From Selaginella moellendorffii (Eukaryota; Plantae; Lycopodiophyta), in contig NW_003314305.1 of the NCBI RefSeq assembly GCF_000143415.4, forward strand, positions 1,212,834-1,276,833: a DNA stretch of 64,000 nucleotides. The letters are read 5' to 3'. The notes below the pieces were generated by a model. It had not been told where the DNA came from. It did not search any database and saw nothing but the letters and a program-made list of their open reading frames with translations. This document shows, piece after piece, positions 32,170-42,943 of the stretch (its first letter is position 1; every line of letters starts with the position of its first letter). The position numbers were made by a program, and so were the translations under genes.

Positions 32170-32870
32170 TGCGCCACGAGTGTGTCAAGATTCTATATTT
32201 TCGAAAGGCACTCGCGCTTGGCTTGGATTCCTTGTCTAGGGTTTTTATAGCTGTTGCTAGATCGCCGATCGATAGAAGGACGGCGGCGCTGGCGCCAATG
32301 TATATGCATTTCAGTCGCCAGGGAGGAGCGAAATCTTGGAGCGATGGCGCAGCATCGGCATACACATCAATCTTGTCCTTGCAGTGCGAGATGAAACGAA
32401 GTAAGTTCATCGCCACGGCCACTCTGGACAGTGGACATTTCTCTCCCAGGTCTAGGCCTAGTTTTGCAAAGAAGAAAATCGCAATCTTAGCTCATTCCTT
32501 TGTTTGCAAGGTCTTGGATCCACGGGCAACTCACGAGTGCTGGGCTTACAAGGTGGTTCATTTATTTCGCCTTCTTTGCTTGAATGTTTCATTTTCTTCC
32601 AGCTTAGATCAAAGAACGCCATCGTTTTAGCAATGGTGGAGAGCCTGGAGACGGGCAATCTAGGCTGCCAGAGGAAATTCTGGTGTGGATGGAGTGGAAC
32701 TGGAGGATAGTTCGAGTTAAGCTATGACAAAGACGATGAAAGTAGCAGTGTAGAAATCCAACTCTGGTCGATGCTGGTAGAGCTGACGAACTTGAGAGCT
32801 CTCTCACCAATGCATGCAGAGCCTCGAGGCATCACAATTCGATGAGCTACAACAACCAAATCCTAGAGGA
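32170..32870 (+). pseudogene. IMPACT/YigZ pseudogene, copy 3 (heavily deleted)
   Basis: Matches 18200-19310 in pieces. Shares derived changes with copy 2 (atctagg stop, gggaggagcgaaatcttgg). Confidence 0.85.
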
Positions 32871-32932
32871 AAAGGTTATTTTTCTCTCCTTTACTTATAT
32901 CTAGAGCTAACTAGATTTCTGCTTCTCAATTC

Positions 32933-33779
32933 CAGCGGTCTGCAATGGGTAGCACGGTCCAAGCTGGTATGCAAGCACTGGGCTCGCATGCTGGATGATC
33001 CGAGTTTCAGGCTCCTGTGGAGACAAAATGGTCACTCTCAAACAAAAACCGTGTTGTTACTGCACCACCGACTTGATGAACCTACTCGGTACTTGCGATA
33101 TCATCTTCCAGCTGGCCTCGGTGATACTTTTTATCCTCGTTCCTTTCCTTGAAATAACAACTTCGCTGTTTTGCAGAAATGAACCAGTCATAAAAGAGCT
33201 GCCGGATTCTTGGGAGTCTTGAAGCTGGGGGCGAGGTTGGAGTGCTGTTCACACGTAATTCTAAAGCTGCCGTCGCGGTACTGGACAGAGAAAATCACCC
33301 TTGGACATGGAAAGAGGTGGCAACTTTAGAGGGTGACTTTTGCTACTGGGACTTTCGCAAGTGCTGTACGCATGGAAATCTTACGTTTGCGGTTCTGGGG
33401 AGCAGGGTCGCAGTGTTTGATTCTCGGAGCGTGACATGGGAGTGGCTTGAGGAGGGGTGCTACACAAAGTGCAGACTTGACGATCGTGCTTTAGTCGTGG
33501 AGCTTGATTTCGCGGCCGTGGCAAATGTTAACACGCCCAGCAAGGAGATGAGGGAAGCTTGTGCCAGCAAGTACCGGGGTGCATGGCTTGCACCACGTTT
33601 TTGTTCCTCATTCTCAGGTAAGTTTCTTCAATTTTGGAGTTTTCGTTTGCGTCAGATTTTGTTTTTCTGTGTCAGAGTTGACTTACTTTTCCCGAGACAG
33701 TACTGAAAAGTGTTTTTCAGGGGGACTGCTTGTAAAAGATGGCGAATATGTTTTTGAACTTCTTGGAATAGCATACTGA
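32933..33779 (+). pseudogene. F-box domain gene fragment
   Basis: F-box C-terminal half RSKLVCKHWARMLDDPSF followed by an associated-domain-like region. Stop near 33220; a further fragment lies at about 34120-34210. Confidence 0.6.
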
Positions 33780-34551
33780 AAAACATTGGACTCTCTCGGT
33801 ATGTATCTTGTGACAAACTGTTTGTTTGGTAGTAAGCTCAAGGTGTTCCCAGATTTTTATTTAGAGATATGTATTCCGTTCAATGTGCAACGTGAGCTCG
33901 GAAACATTAACAGGAAGCGATGAAAGCGACCATAAAGAAATCCACAAAAGGTATGTATTGTTCTGTCGGTGTTTGTAGTGCCAGATCCCTCTGATGAAAA
34001 TTTTTATAATCGTGAACGACACACAGGTACTGGCTACGTATTGCAGTGACAGCAAGGTGTTATTCCAGATCTTGCGGGTCCAAACGAACCAGTTGAAGGT
34101 GGCTACAGTGCTTCATACATGCTGAAAGCTGGGGCAAAGGCTGGAGTGCTGTTTCTATACCTGCGGTCCTCGTGCTGTAGAAAGGAACACATCCTTGGAC
34201 ATGGAAAGTTGGGCCTCGGAGTTCATCATTTTTTCTTTTCTGTTTGTCACAGATGAAAGGATTTTGCAGACATGGCCAAGGATTGGAACTGAAGGTAATG
34301 TAATGCGGCCCGTGCTTTAAACTTACTGTGACCGTGCATCTCAGGGGACTTGTGAAAATGTGCTTGAACTTCTTTCATGGGTATGACAAGCTTTTCTTTC
34401 TTCAGTAAATTTTTTATTTTTTTACAGTGAGAAATTATAAACATGGGCTCAGAAACATCGACAGAGATACATGAAAGCGGCAACGAAGACATTTACATAA
34501 CGGCAGACTCAATAACTCGGCGGTGCTTGTAGTGAGTGGCAAGTAACTCCT

Positions 34552-35336
34552 TTACCGTAAATCCTTTGCGATGATTACGTGACATTTCACACGGTGAACG
34601 CAGTGGTCTGAGGTGCTCCCGAGAAGAAGCCTATGGTTTTCCATCAATTTCATCAGCTTGGTATGAAGTTGAAACAAGAAGAAGATGAGCACAAACCTCT
34701 TGAGCGTTCCATGCCCGTTGTTCCCCATGACGAGAACATTCGCTTGTTCCTTTTCAACAATCTCGCAGATGTGATCTCGGGGGTCTCCAGACTTTACAAT
34801 CGTCCTGACTTTCACCTTGGAACGAAGGAAGAAAGCGTAAGTAATCGAAGTTTCTTCTTGCTTGCTAGCTTCTACCTTGTGTTCTTCGCAGAGCGTCTTC
34901 CCACTTTCCAGGACTTCCACCGCGGCCTCCTCCTCTTGCATTTTGATCGCATCGATCATCTCCTGGGTCGTGATCCCTGTCCAAAGCAAGCTTATCCATC
35001 AAAGAGCAAACAGGAAAGTTTTTCTCATCTTCTAGCAATCAACTTACCGAGATTACAGTTCGCTGGAGGAACTTGCTGGGTGTGGAAGAGAACGATCTCG
35101 TCCGAATCCTCATCCCTCTCGGCTTTGCGAAAGACCAAATTCTCCAAGACCCAGTGAAGCGCTTGCGTGCTCAAGTTACTTCCATCCATGGCCACCACCA
35201 CGACCTTTCCCTTACCTCTCTTTCGCCCCTCTCCATCTTTAGCCTCTCGATCATTGTGGTTAACATCATCGCCAGCTATCATCTCACCTCCATCGGCAGT
35301 GGCGTGACGATCTATTTTGCTTTCTTCCACGGCCAT
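34552..35336 (-). CDS. Universal stress protein A-like (USP), 3 exons
   Basis: KVVVVAMDGSNLSTQALHWVL, GDPRDHIC, ATP-binding G-2x-G-9x-GS (GNNGHGTLKRLLLGS), HCVHRVKCHVII. Confidence 0.92.
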
Positions 35337-37091
35337 CTCTTCTCTTTTCCTAGGCTTTGTGAAACGCTCGCCTTTTATACGTGATTTATGTGCCAGGGGA
35401 TTGGAGGCGCGTGGAAAATGGAATGTCCGCTTGGACTGTAATGCGCCCAGTGAGGTGTCCAGGCTTGGCTGGTCGCGCAAAGCAAGCCCCGAAAGACGAT
35501 TCCCTAGGATATTGGCGCCAAATCATTGATTCGAATCCTAAAAGGATATACTTTTAGTGTATAGTAAACATTAGGGTTATAAAAGGTCAAATTAAAGGTC
35601 AAAGAAAGTCTTCAAGTTTGGCTACCATTGACTTTGATCTAGTTGACTAATTGGAGCAGCATATTTTTGGTGATTTCGTTCATACAAATCGAAGCACTCA
35701 AGATCAACCAAGTTCGTAACATCGTTCTCGTTTGCTAAGACCCAACCTCCAGAGAAGTAACTGCGAACGCGTAGGCCCATTCTCCAGATGAAAGCTAGTT
35801 CGTTGTTCTCATCGCATCTTTCTCGCCAGGCCGGAACCTCTTCCGGGGAGGCTCAATGCCTTGAACCGCTACTTCCCTGTCACTAGCGGCATCCTTGGGT
35901 GATTTGCGTGAAACGCTTCACCTCGTCCACACTTTGCAGGCCATAACGTTTGAACCATTTAGGGTGATAAAGGACATTCCAGAATATCTAATAGTAATGT
36001 TAAGACATGTTTAAATACTTTTTATTAGTAATTATACTTAGAATTATGTTTAGTCCTATTTAGAAATGTTTATAAAATTAATTCAGTGGTCTTTGCAGAC
36101 AAGCAATGTCGGAAGCGTGTTCATCATCCCTCGAAAAGCATGCTCAACGATTTCAGTGGCCTCCTGTCAAAATCCATCTTGACCACATTGTAGAGGCCTA
36201 GAAATCGAATGCCACAAGCACCAGCACCATCGCTAGTGTCTTTTAAGCTACTCAAACACCAAAGCGTGCAGTGCAGCTATCAGAGTTTGGAGTAGCATCG
36301 ATTTCGCAGCAACGCGTTTTGGATTGGAGACTGACGTCTAGCACTGTTCTCTGTTTGTTTGTTTGTGCTTTGTTTTTCCAGCTTTGGCGAATTGCAAAAA
36401 CATCCCTCCATCGATTAAGCGTTAAAGAAGTTGCCGAACACGCAAAAGTGCCAAGCGCGAGACAACGCGATCCTCCAAACAAGAGTTGTGAGTTTATCGG
36501 AAACGAATCACGGGCTACTTCTCAGAAGCCCCATCTCTCCGGATCGTATCAAATACGTAGAGTTAAAAGCAGACACTTGATGAACACGTAGACCTCCTTT
36601 TCTTTTTATTGCGCAGAAAAAGGAGAAAAGGAGTTTGGATACAAATGGAATAAATGGAATATTACAAATACAAATTTTCAACGGCCACCAACCAATGAAC
36701 TAATCAAAGAATCATGGGTAAAAAAAGTTTTTAATTGCTTACACAAAGAGTGTTGCATGATCACAACTTTTTATGAGAACCTTCCAAACTAGAAAAGCAT
36801 CTTGTAATCCGAAGGAAAGAATTTTTGCTTAGAAAGAATTTTAAAAAGCATTTCCATGCTACCACCAATATTACTTTCTTCGAGTAGCAAACAAAAAAAG
36901 TTTAACGATTCTGCCTAGACAAGAGCGAAGCAAACTAAACAGGTGTTTCATCACAATCTCTTTGGAGGAGGCTGAAATTTGTTCTTCCTTGCTATGTACA
37001 AATTTGCCCAAGAACTTGGAAAAACTGAGAGAGGAGGGAGGAGGGAGCGATCGATCACTGGGCACTGCAGGAGCGAACGATCGATCGATGA

Positions 37092-37760
37092 TCATGCACT
37101 GGCCATCATGAGCTTAAACTCCTCGAAATCGACGCGGCCATCGCCATTCGAGTCCACGCCCCTGATCATCCGCCCACAATCCTCCATGGTGAGATTCACC
37201 TCGCCCAAACCGACCAACACCCTGTGGAGCTCGTCCGCGGAGATGAAACCATTGCGATCCAGATCGAAGACGTAGAACGCGGCCTTTAGCTCCGCGACGC
37301 TGGCGGTGGATTGCGCGTGGAAGTGGAGGAACTCGTCCAGGCTGATGAATCCATCGCCGTCGGCGTCCACCTCCTCGACCATCTTAAGGAGCTCCTCCTC
37401 GGTGGGGGGAGGATCGTTGCCCATGGCCAGGCACTTGAGCACGGCGCCAAGCTCCGACACTGAGATTCTCCCATCGCCGTTCGCATCGAAGAGCCGGAAG
37501 ACAGCCTCTAGCTCCGCCTTGATGACATTTCCACGCGAGAGAGAGGAGGAAGCGCTCCTGGGCGACGATCCGAGAGAAATTTCGGCGCTCTTGGGGAGAT
37601 TTCCACTCCTGGATGGAGATGCTTGCTTCTTGGAGGAGATTTTGGGAGAGATTTTGGGAGATGGAGTGGCGGAAGAGGGGCTACCAAGCGGCGAGGAGGA
37701 GGAATCAAAGCCGGACGACGATCGCTTGGTCCGCAAGATCTTTGGCAGCTTCATCATCAT
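37092..37760 (-). CDS. Calmodulin-like (CML) protein, intronless, Ser/Pro-rich N-terminal extension
   Basis: Four EF-hand loops: DANGDGRISVSE, DADGDGFISLDE, DLDRNGFISADE, DSNGDGRVDFEE. Confidence 0.94.
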   Translation of the reverse strand: MMMKLPKILRTKRSSSGFDSSSSPLGSPSSATPSPKISPKISSKKQASPSRSGNLPKSAEISLGSSPRSASSSLSRGNVIKAELEAVFRLFDANGDGRISVSELGAVLKCLAMGNDPPPTEEELLKMVEEVDADGDGFISLDEFLHFHAQSTASVAELKAAFYVFDLDRNGFISADELHRVLVGLGEVNLTMEDCGRMIRGVDSNGDGRVDFEEFKLMMASA

Positions 37761-38501
37761 GATCTTCGAGGCGCCGCGAGTGATGGGAAAGAATCCCTGG
37801 GAGAGCTGCTAGAAATAGATCGAATCCACGCGCCTTTAGGACAGCAACGAGACAAAGGAAGATCGAAGATCGCCGACAAAGAGAAAGATCGAAGAAGAGG
37901 AAGGACTGGCGACGCGCTTGGCGATTCGCAGTAGTGGATCGCAAATTTATACCAATGCGGCAGCCAAGAACGCGACCGTCGCCATTGCCCTGTTGCTTAA
38001 AACCTAAAAAACTTGGAGATTAAAAGGAAGGCCAAACGAAAAAGAATGCGAGGTTCCTCGAAACAGCAGGAGCCAATGGCATGCCGACACGATGCCGCGG
38101 TAAAAGTAAAAGTCTCTGTAACGGTTGATTTTACGGATGGACGGTGATGTATATGTGTCCCAGGCTCGAATCTCGTGGAGAGTGGGGAAAATTTATTTAG
38201 CTGGAATGTAGTCTCTCTGATTTGATCCTTCCAGAGCTCGCATTGAGCTCGTCCAAGAAGGCGGAGCTACTGGCGATCTCTTCGAATCGGCTATCTTTCG
38301 GCAGTAGCAAACAATCCAGCTGATTTTCTTTCCAAATTCATGGCGCCTCTGTGTAGATGGAGGAGCGATCACGCTACTTCCTCCATACCCGATTGACGAG
38401 GTATTTATTCTCTATCAAACATTCGCAGCATTCTTCTATTCATTTTAGAACCATGACATATTTGTCCTCTTTACAGACTAACTTTGATGAAGAGCTCGAC
38501 A

Positions 38502-38586
38502 AGCAGGGAAGAAATCTATTCCAGAATGGAGCGTCAACGTTAGCAGGAAAGAAATCTATTCCCGAGTGGAGCGTCAACATTAGCAG
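38502..38586. repeat. 40-bp tandem repeat, 2 copies
   Basis: agcagg(g/a)aagaaatctattcc...tggagcgtcaac(g/a)tt repeated twice. Confidence 0.85.
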
Positions 38587-39323
38587 AGAACGCTTTCTTC
38601 AAGGCCACTGTTTAGCAGATCCCGGGATGATATTGGATTGCATAAAAAATCTGCGAAGAACAGGTTTGCATAGATTGCGTTTTCACTTTTGTTTTTTTCC
38701 TCTAATCAGGTGCTCCTAATTTTCCCTAGGCCTTGACGAAACCGCCATACTCATCCAACAACTGCCAGGCAAAGTACAATGTCGCTGTTTATTTTTGTCA
38801 ACCATGTACTTTCGAAGTTTCTCACGCTCTTTCTGGTCGTCTTTTAGTGGATCCTGGGATACACGTAGAATGTACACGCTAACGCAGCTGGCTGGGAGAT
38901 ACGAAAACGCGGCTATCAAGGTTTGCGAAGTTTAGAATATCTAATGTCTGGTGTCACATTGCGTGTTCTTAACAGAAACTAACTGGGATAGTATTTTTAT
39001 CTTCCGGGCAGGACATTCTTCGTATTGACTCGGGTGCGTAGATTTCGTTTGTGACAATTTTCTGAAGATAGATCCACATTTGATCTTTTCTTCCAGGGGA
39101 AATGTACTTTCCCGCAGTGTTCTTCATTTAGACACCACCACTATCGTCCACAAAAGCTATTTTTTTGCTACTGGGGACACGCCAATGCAGCAGGGTGTGT
39201 TGCTTTCATTTTACTTACACTGATCACTGTTATGCTTAGGAATCTCGTGGTCTTCTTCATGCGGGATCGGATTCTTTCGAAAGTGACTCTCTCAACTCTG
39301 TTTTCCAGTTCTATTGCAAATGG

Positions 39324-39689
39324 ATGCCCTGCCAACAATTTGCAGGCGGGCTCCGAAGAGACACAGTTGTGGATACGTCAGTACGCCCGGCCTCTCAAAT
39401 AGACGCACCCAAAGTCTCAGGACGATGGGAACTTGGAATTAGTCTCGACAACTTGCTAATTTGCGAGGCTGGCGGCCATTTCCACCGAGACAGCGAGAAG
39501 GAAGCAGGCGTGGTTGCGACCGTCTTCCAAAGATGGTGTTCACGAAGAGTGAATCCAGTGGTTCTGTCCAGGCCATTCTCAGAATCCCACGCAGGACTTT
39601 GCACTGAACTGAATTTGCAAGACCTCCGAGAAGAAGCAACAACACTGCGTCTACAAGGAGAACATTCCAAATTCTTAACGTTCCATTGA
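39324..39689 (+). pseudogene. 2OG-Fe(II) oxygenase-like remnant
   Basis: DTVVDTSVR..QIDAPKV, LDNLLICEAGGHFHRDSEKEAGVVATV (HxD). Internally deleted; the distal His strand was not found. Confidence 0.55.
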
Positions 39690-41113
39690 TCGAAAAAGAG
39701 TAGCATAACCACGATTGGCACTCAGAGTTAGTGAACTAAGACTTCTTGGCCGAAAGTTAAAAATACTATCACCTGTTGCAAAAATATGATCAACACTAAT
39801 CTGTAAAGAGTTGTGAGAAGAGCTTGAATCTCAATTTAGGGTTCTTGCAATGAAGAGGATTGAACTCTTTAATATGAACACTAGAAATTAGTATTTAGTT
39901 TTTCATAACACATAAAATTTTATTGTCCATTTTTTTAAAAAAAATTGGTTATATGTTCATATTCCAGTACAATAAGGAAGCTTGGCCATTTTGGAGTAGG
40001 AATCCTGAGCTGAGCAGACTCCAAAGCAATAGCAATTGAAGAAAGATTATCATTATAGGTGAAGTTGGTGCTAGAGGCCTTGATACTGGTTTGTGTTGCC
40101 ATTGGGGAAATGGCATTTATGGTGTTTCCAAGGGTGATTGAGTGCTAGGCAAGGCATAAACTTCATGGGCACAAACTCCAAGGGCATGAACTTCATGCTC
40201 TTTGACATATTAGATGGTCTTTTAAATGTTAGGGATATCCCAAATTAGAACATTCCAGCTAAAAACCACTTGATGGATCTGTTCTTTATAGCAGTAACAC
40301 TCCTTCACACAACCAATCAAGTTGTTTTGATTGTTCTAAAATTGAATGTCTCACCCTATGTGGTATGCAACTTAAGTTAGGTTCAAGAGGTTTTCTTCCA
40401 AATGCATCATAGATAATGTTAAGGTTAAGACCAAAAGCATCCTAAGCATGCTAGAGAAGGTGAGAAGGCATATTGTATTTTGTGTTATTTTTAAAAGTTT
40501 TATTTGTTAAGTTATGATATGAATCTACCATGTGTTATGCAGAAAAGAAGATAATGGTTTTTGTGATGACAAGTGTGTTGCATGTCTTTTGCCAGGGTAT
40601 GATACTCTACTAATATCATTTAAATCTTCAGACATTAGCAATACATTGTCTAGGTATTATCAGTGATGCATATCTTGCTTAAGCTCTATTACCCACCTTG
40701 TGATGTTATAATCAATTGCATAATAGGTATGGTTGAGGTAGCATAAGATTTTGGCATATCAATGTTTGCAATTGAAAAAGAGATTGGGTAGGTTTTCAGC
40801 TCATGAGCTCACGTGTTGAGCTTATAAGCTCACGAGCTGAGCTTATGAGGTGAGTTTACAATTTCTCAAATATAAGAAAAACATTGGTTCATTCTAAACT
40901 AACATTTTTTCATCTTTTTATTTCCAAGTAAATTTCACTAATTAAAGACAAATATAAATATATAGCAGAACACTAAAAGCAATCTAAAAACACTAATTAT
41001 AAGGGTTGTTTGATGGATGTGATGGTCAATTTTAGGATCTTGGTTTACTTCTTGTATAATAATGTAATAAATGTGCTTGCAAGCTAAATATACCTTTCCC
41101 CTATTCCCCTTCT

Positions 41114-41291
41114 GTGTAAAATCTAAATAGGTGGCATGGTTGCTGCCAAAAGCAAATCCCAAGCCACTAAAACCATGATTCATGCCGCTGCCACCACCAC
41201 CATCGCCAAAGTGATGATTGTCAAGCTTGTGAGTCAATGGCTTCCATCAGCTATTGGAGCTAGAGCCTTGCGGTGTAAAATCTAAATAGGT
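41114..41291. mobile_element. 140-bp insertion flanked by an identical 19-bp direct repeat
   Basis: gtgtaaaatctaaataggt at 41114-41132 and 41273-41291. Removing the insert and one repeat copy restores the SWIM reading frame. Confidence 0.85.
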
Positions 41292-42285
41292 ACATAATGG
41301 ATTTTAATAAATTCAAATAGTGTAATTAACACCCTTTGCTGACTTAGTCACAACAATGAACTCTTTAGCTATAGTATTGATATAATTTGTCCTTATGATT
41401 GTGCACTTTAACTCCTTTACTAACTTGATCTTCTTTTGCACACCTTTTGAAATGGAAGACTTATATTGTACAACCTTCCCATTTCTAGCTGGTTATGTAT
41501 GTCAATTTAATGTTGACATTGGTGGCATAATAGTATTAACATTAACATTTGAGGAAGCCTTCAATTTGAAACCCACTCTCAAGACTTTCAATCTCTTCTT
41601 TCAAAAGATTGCAGCTTCACTCAATTGGCCACTCCTCTAGCATAGAATCTAGCTTCAAGATAATTGAGTTGTAGATTCAGCTTGTATGAATAACATTAGT
41701 CTTACAATAGTAAACTCAGATTGACTAGTGGCCCTTTACACCTAGATCTCGACAATCCCAAAAACATGGTACTATTGAAGAACTCAAACTTGAGTGCACA
41801 AATGCAAGACACTAATCTTGACTTTCTATCATTCTGAAACAATGTACATTGCTTTTGGCATTGGCTCTTCAAATTGCTTAATTGATATAAGAAACTAGTT
41901 TATAAGCAATAACCTTTCAACCTCTAACATTTAATTTACTTCTGTAATAACTAAAAACACCTCCACTCTATATTGTTTAATTCTTCTCCGGTGTTGTGGA
42001 ATAGAATGGTAGTCAAACTTTGGATGGTGAGAGCTAGTTGACACTTCATACTGGCTATCCTTATGTCTCAAGTGGTTTATAACTTGATCCTATAGGAGTT
42101 CTAACAACAACTTCCTCCACCATCTTAGATATTAACCCTGCCATTAGTGTTGTCCTTCTACCAACATACTCTTGAAACCTATCTAAGTTCAAAATTATAC
42201 TAGCAAACCTTGTTTTCTGTGTAGCCAAAGCTTATGATGATTGTTAAAGAGATCTAGTGAGGTAAAAGAGCATAACTTTATAGAG

Positions 42286-42943
42286 TGCAATGTATGTGAT
42301 CATAAGATAAAATTTAGATATACTGTCATTATAAATTCTTGGAACCTTAAGGGATAAATGGGGATAAAATAGCCACTAAAGACTTTTTTATCAAGCAATT
42401 GCCCCTTTTTTAATTGGCTTAAGGGGAAAGAGATAAAGTGTGCTACATGTGGTATTAAAGAAAATAGCACGGGTTTAATTTCTATTGATTAGTGGCTATT
42501 TAAAATATAATATACCTTATATTCCTAACCCTTAAAATTTGAAATCACACATATTAAATATTCATATGTATGTTTTTCTTCTTGTGGGGTATCTATAGAC
42601 GAAGGTATCTACCATGGTAATACAGGTGGATGATTAGTTACTTCACATGGAATAGCTAGTTTATACAATAGTAAAATTGGTAAATTTAGTGCGGAAATGG
42701 AGGTGTCAATTCCCTTTGGCTTAGTAGAGGTTGTTAATCAATAGTTAATAAGAACATTGATATCTCTAGGGGGGGGGTGAGTGTAACACATGTGATCATG
42801 AGATAAAATTTAAATATACTATCACTATGGATCTTTGGAACTTTAAAGGATAAATGAGGATAAAATAATCACTAAGAGCTTTTTTATCAAGCAATTGCTT
42901 ATTTTTTAGTAGGCTTAAAGGAAGAAAAATAGAGTGTGCTATA
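42286..42943 (+). mobile_element. TRIM (terminal-repeat retrotransposon in miniature), 658 bp
   Basis: LTRs 42286-42447 and 42782-42943 (162 bp each; TG...CA, with TA in the 3' copy). Degenerate iMet PBS tggtattaaag at 42450. PPT agggggggggtgag before the 3' LTR. 5-bp TSD TAGAG at 42281-42285 and 42944-42948. Confidence 0.92.

Noticed and set aside
35700-35950. GC-richer island that might be an ncRNA
   Set aside because: No match to snRNA, 7SL, MRP or tRNA features that I can recognise, and no convincing ORF.
38502-38586. Short repeats as a CRISPR-like array
   Set aside because: Two adjacent copies with no spacers, in a eukaryotic context.
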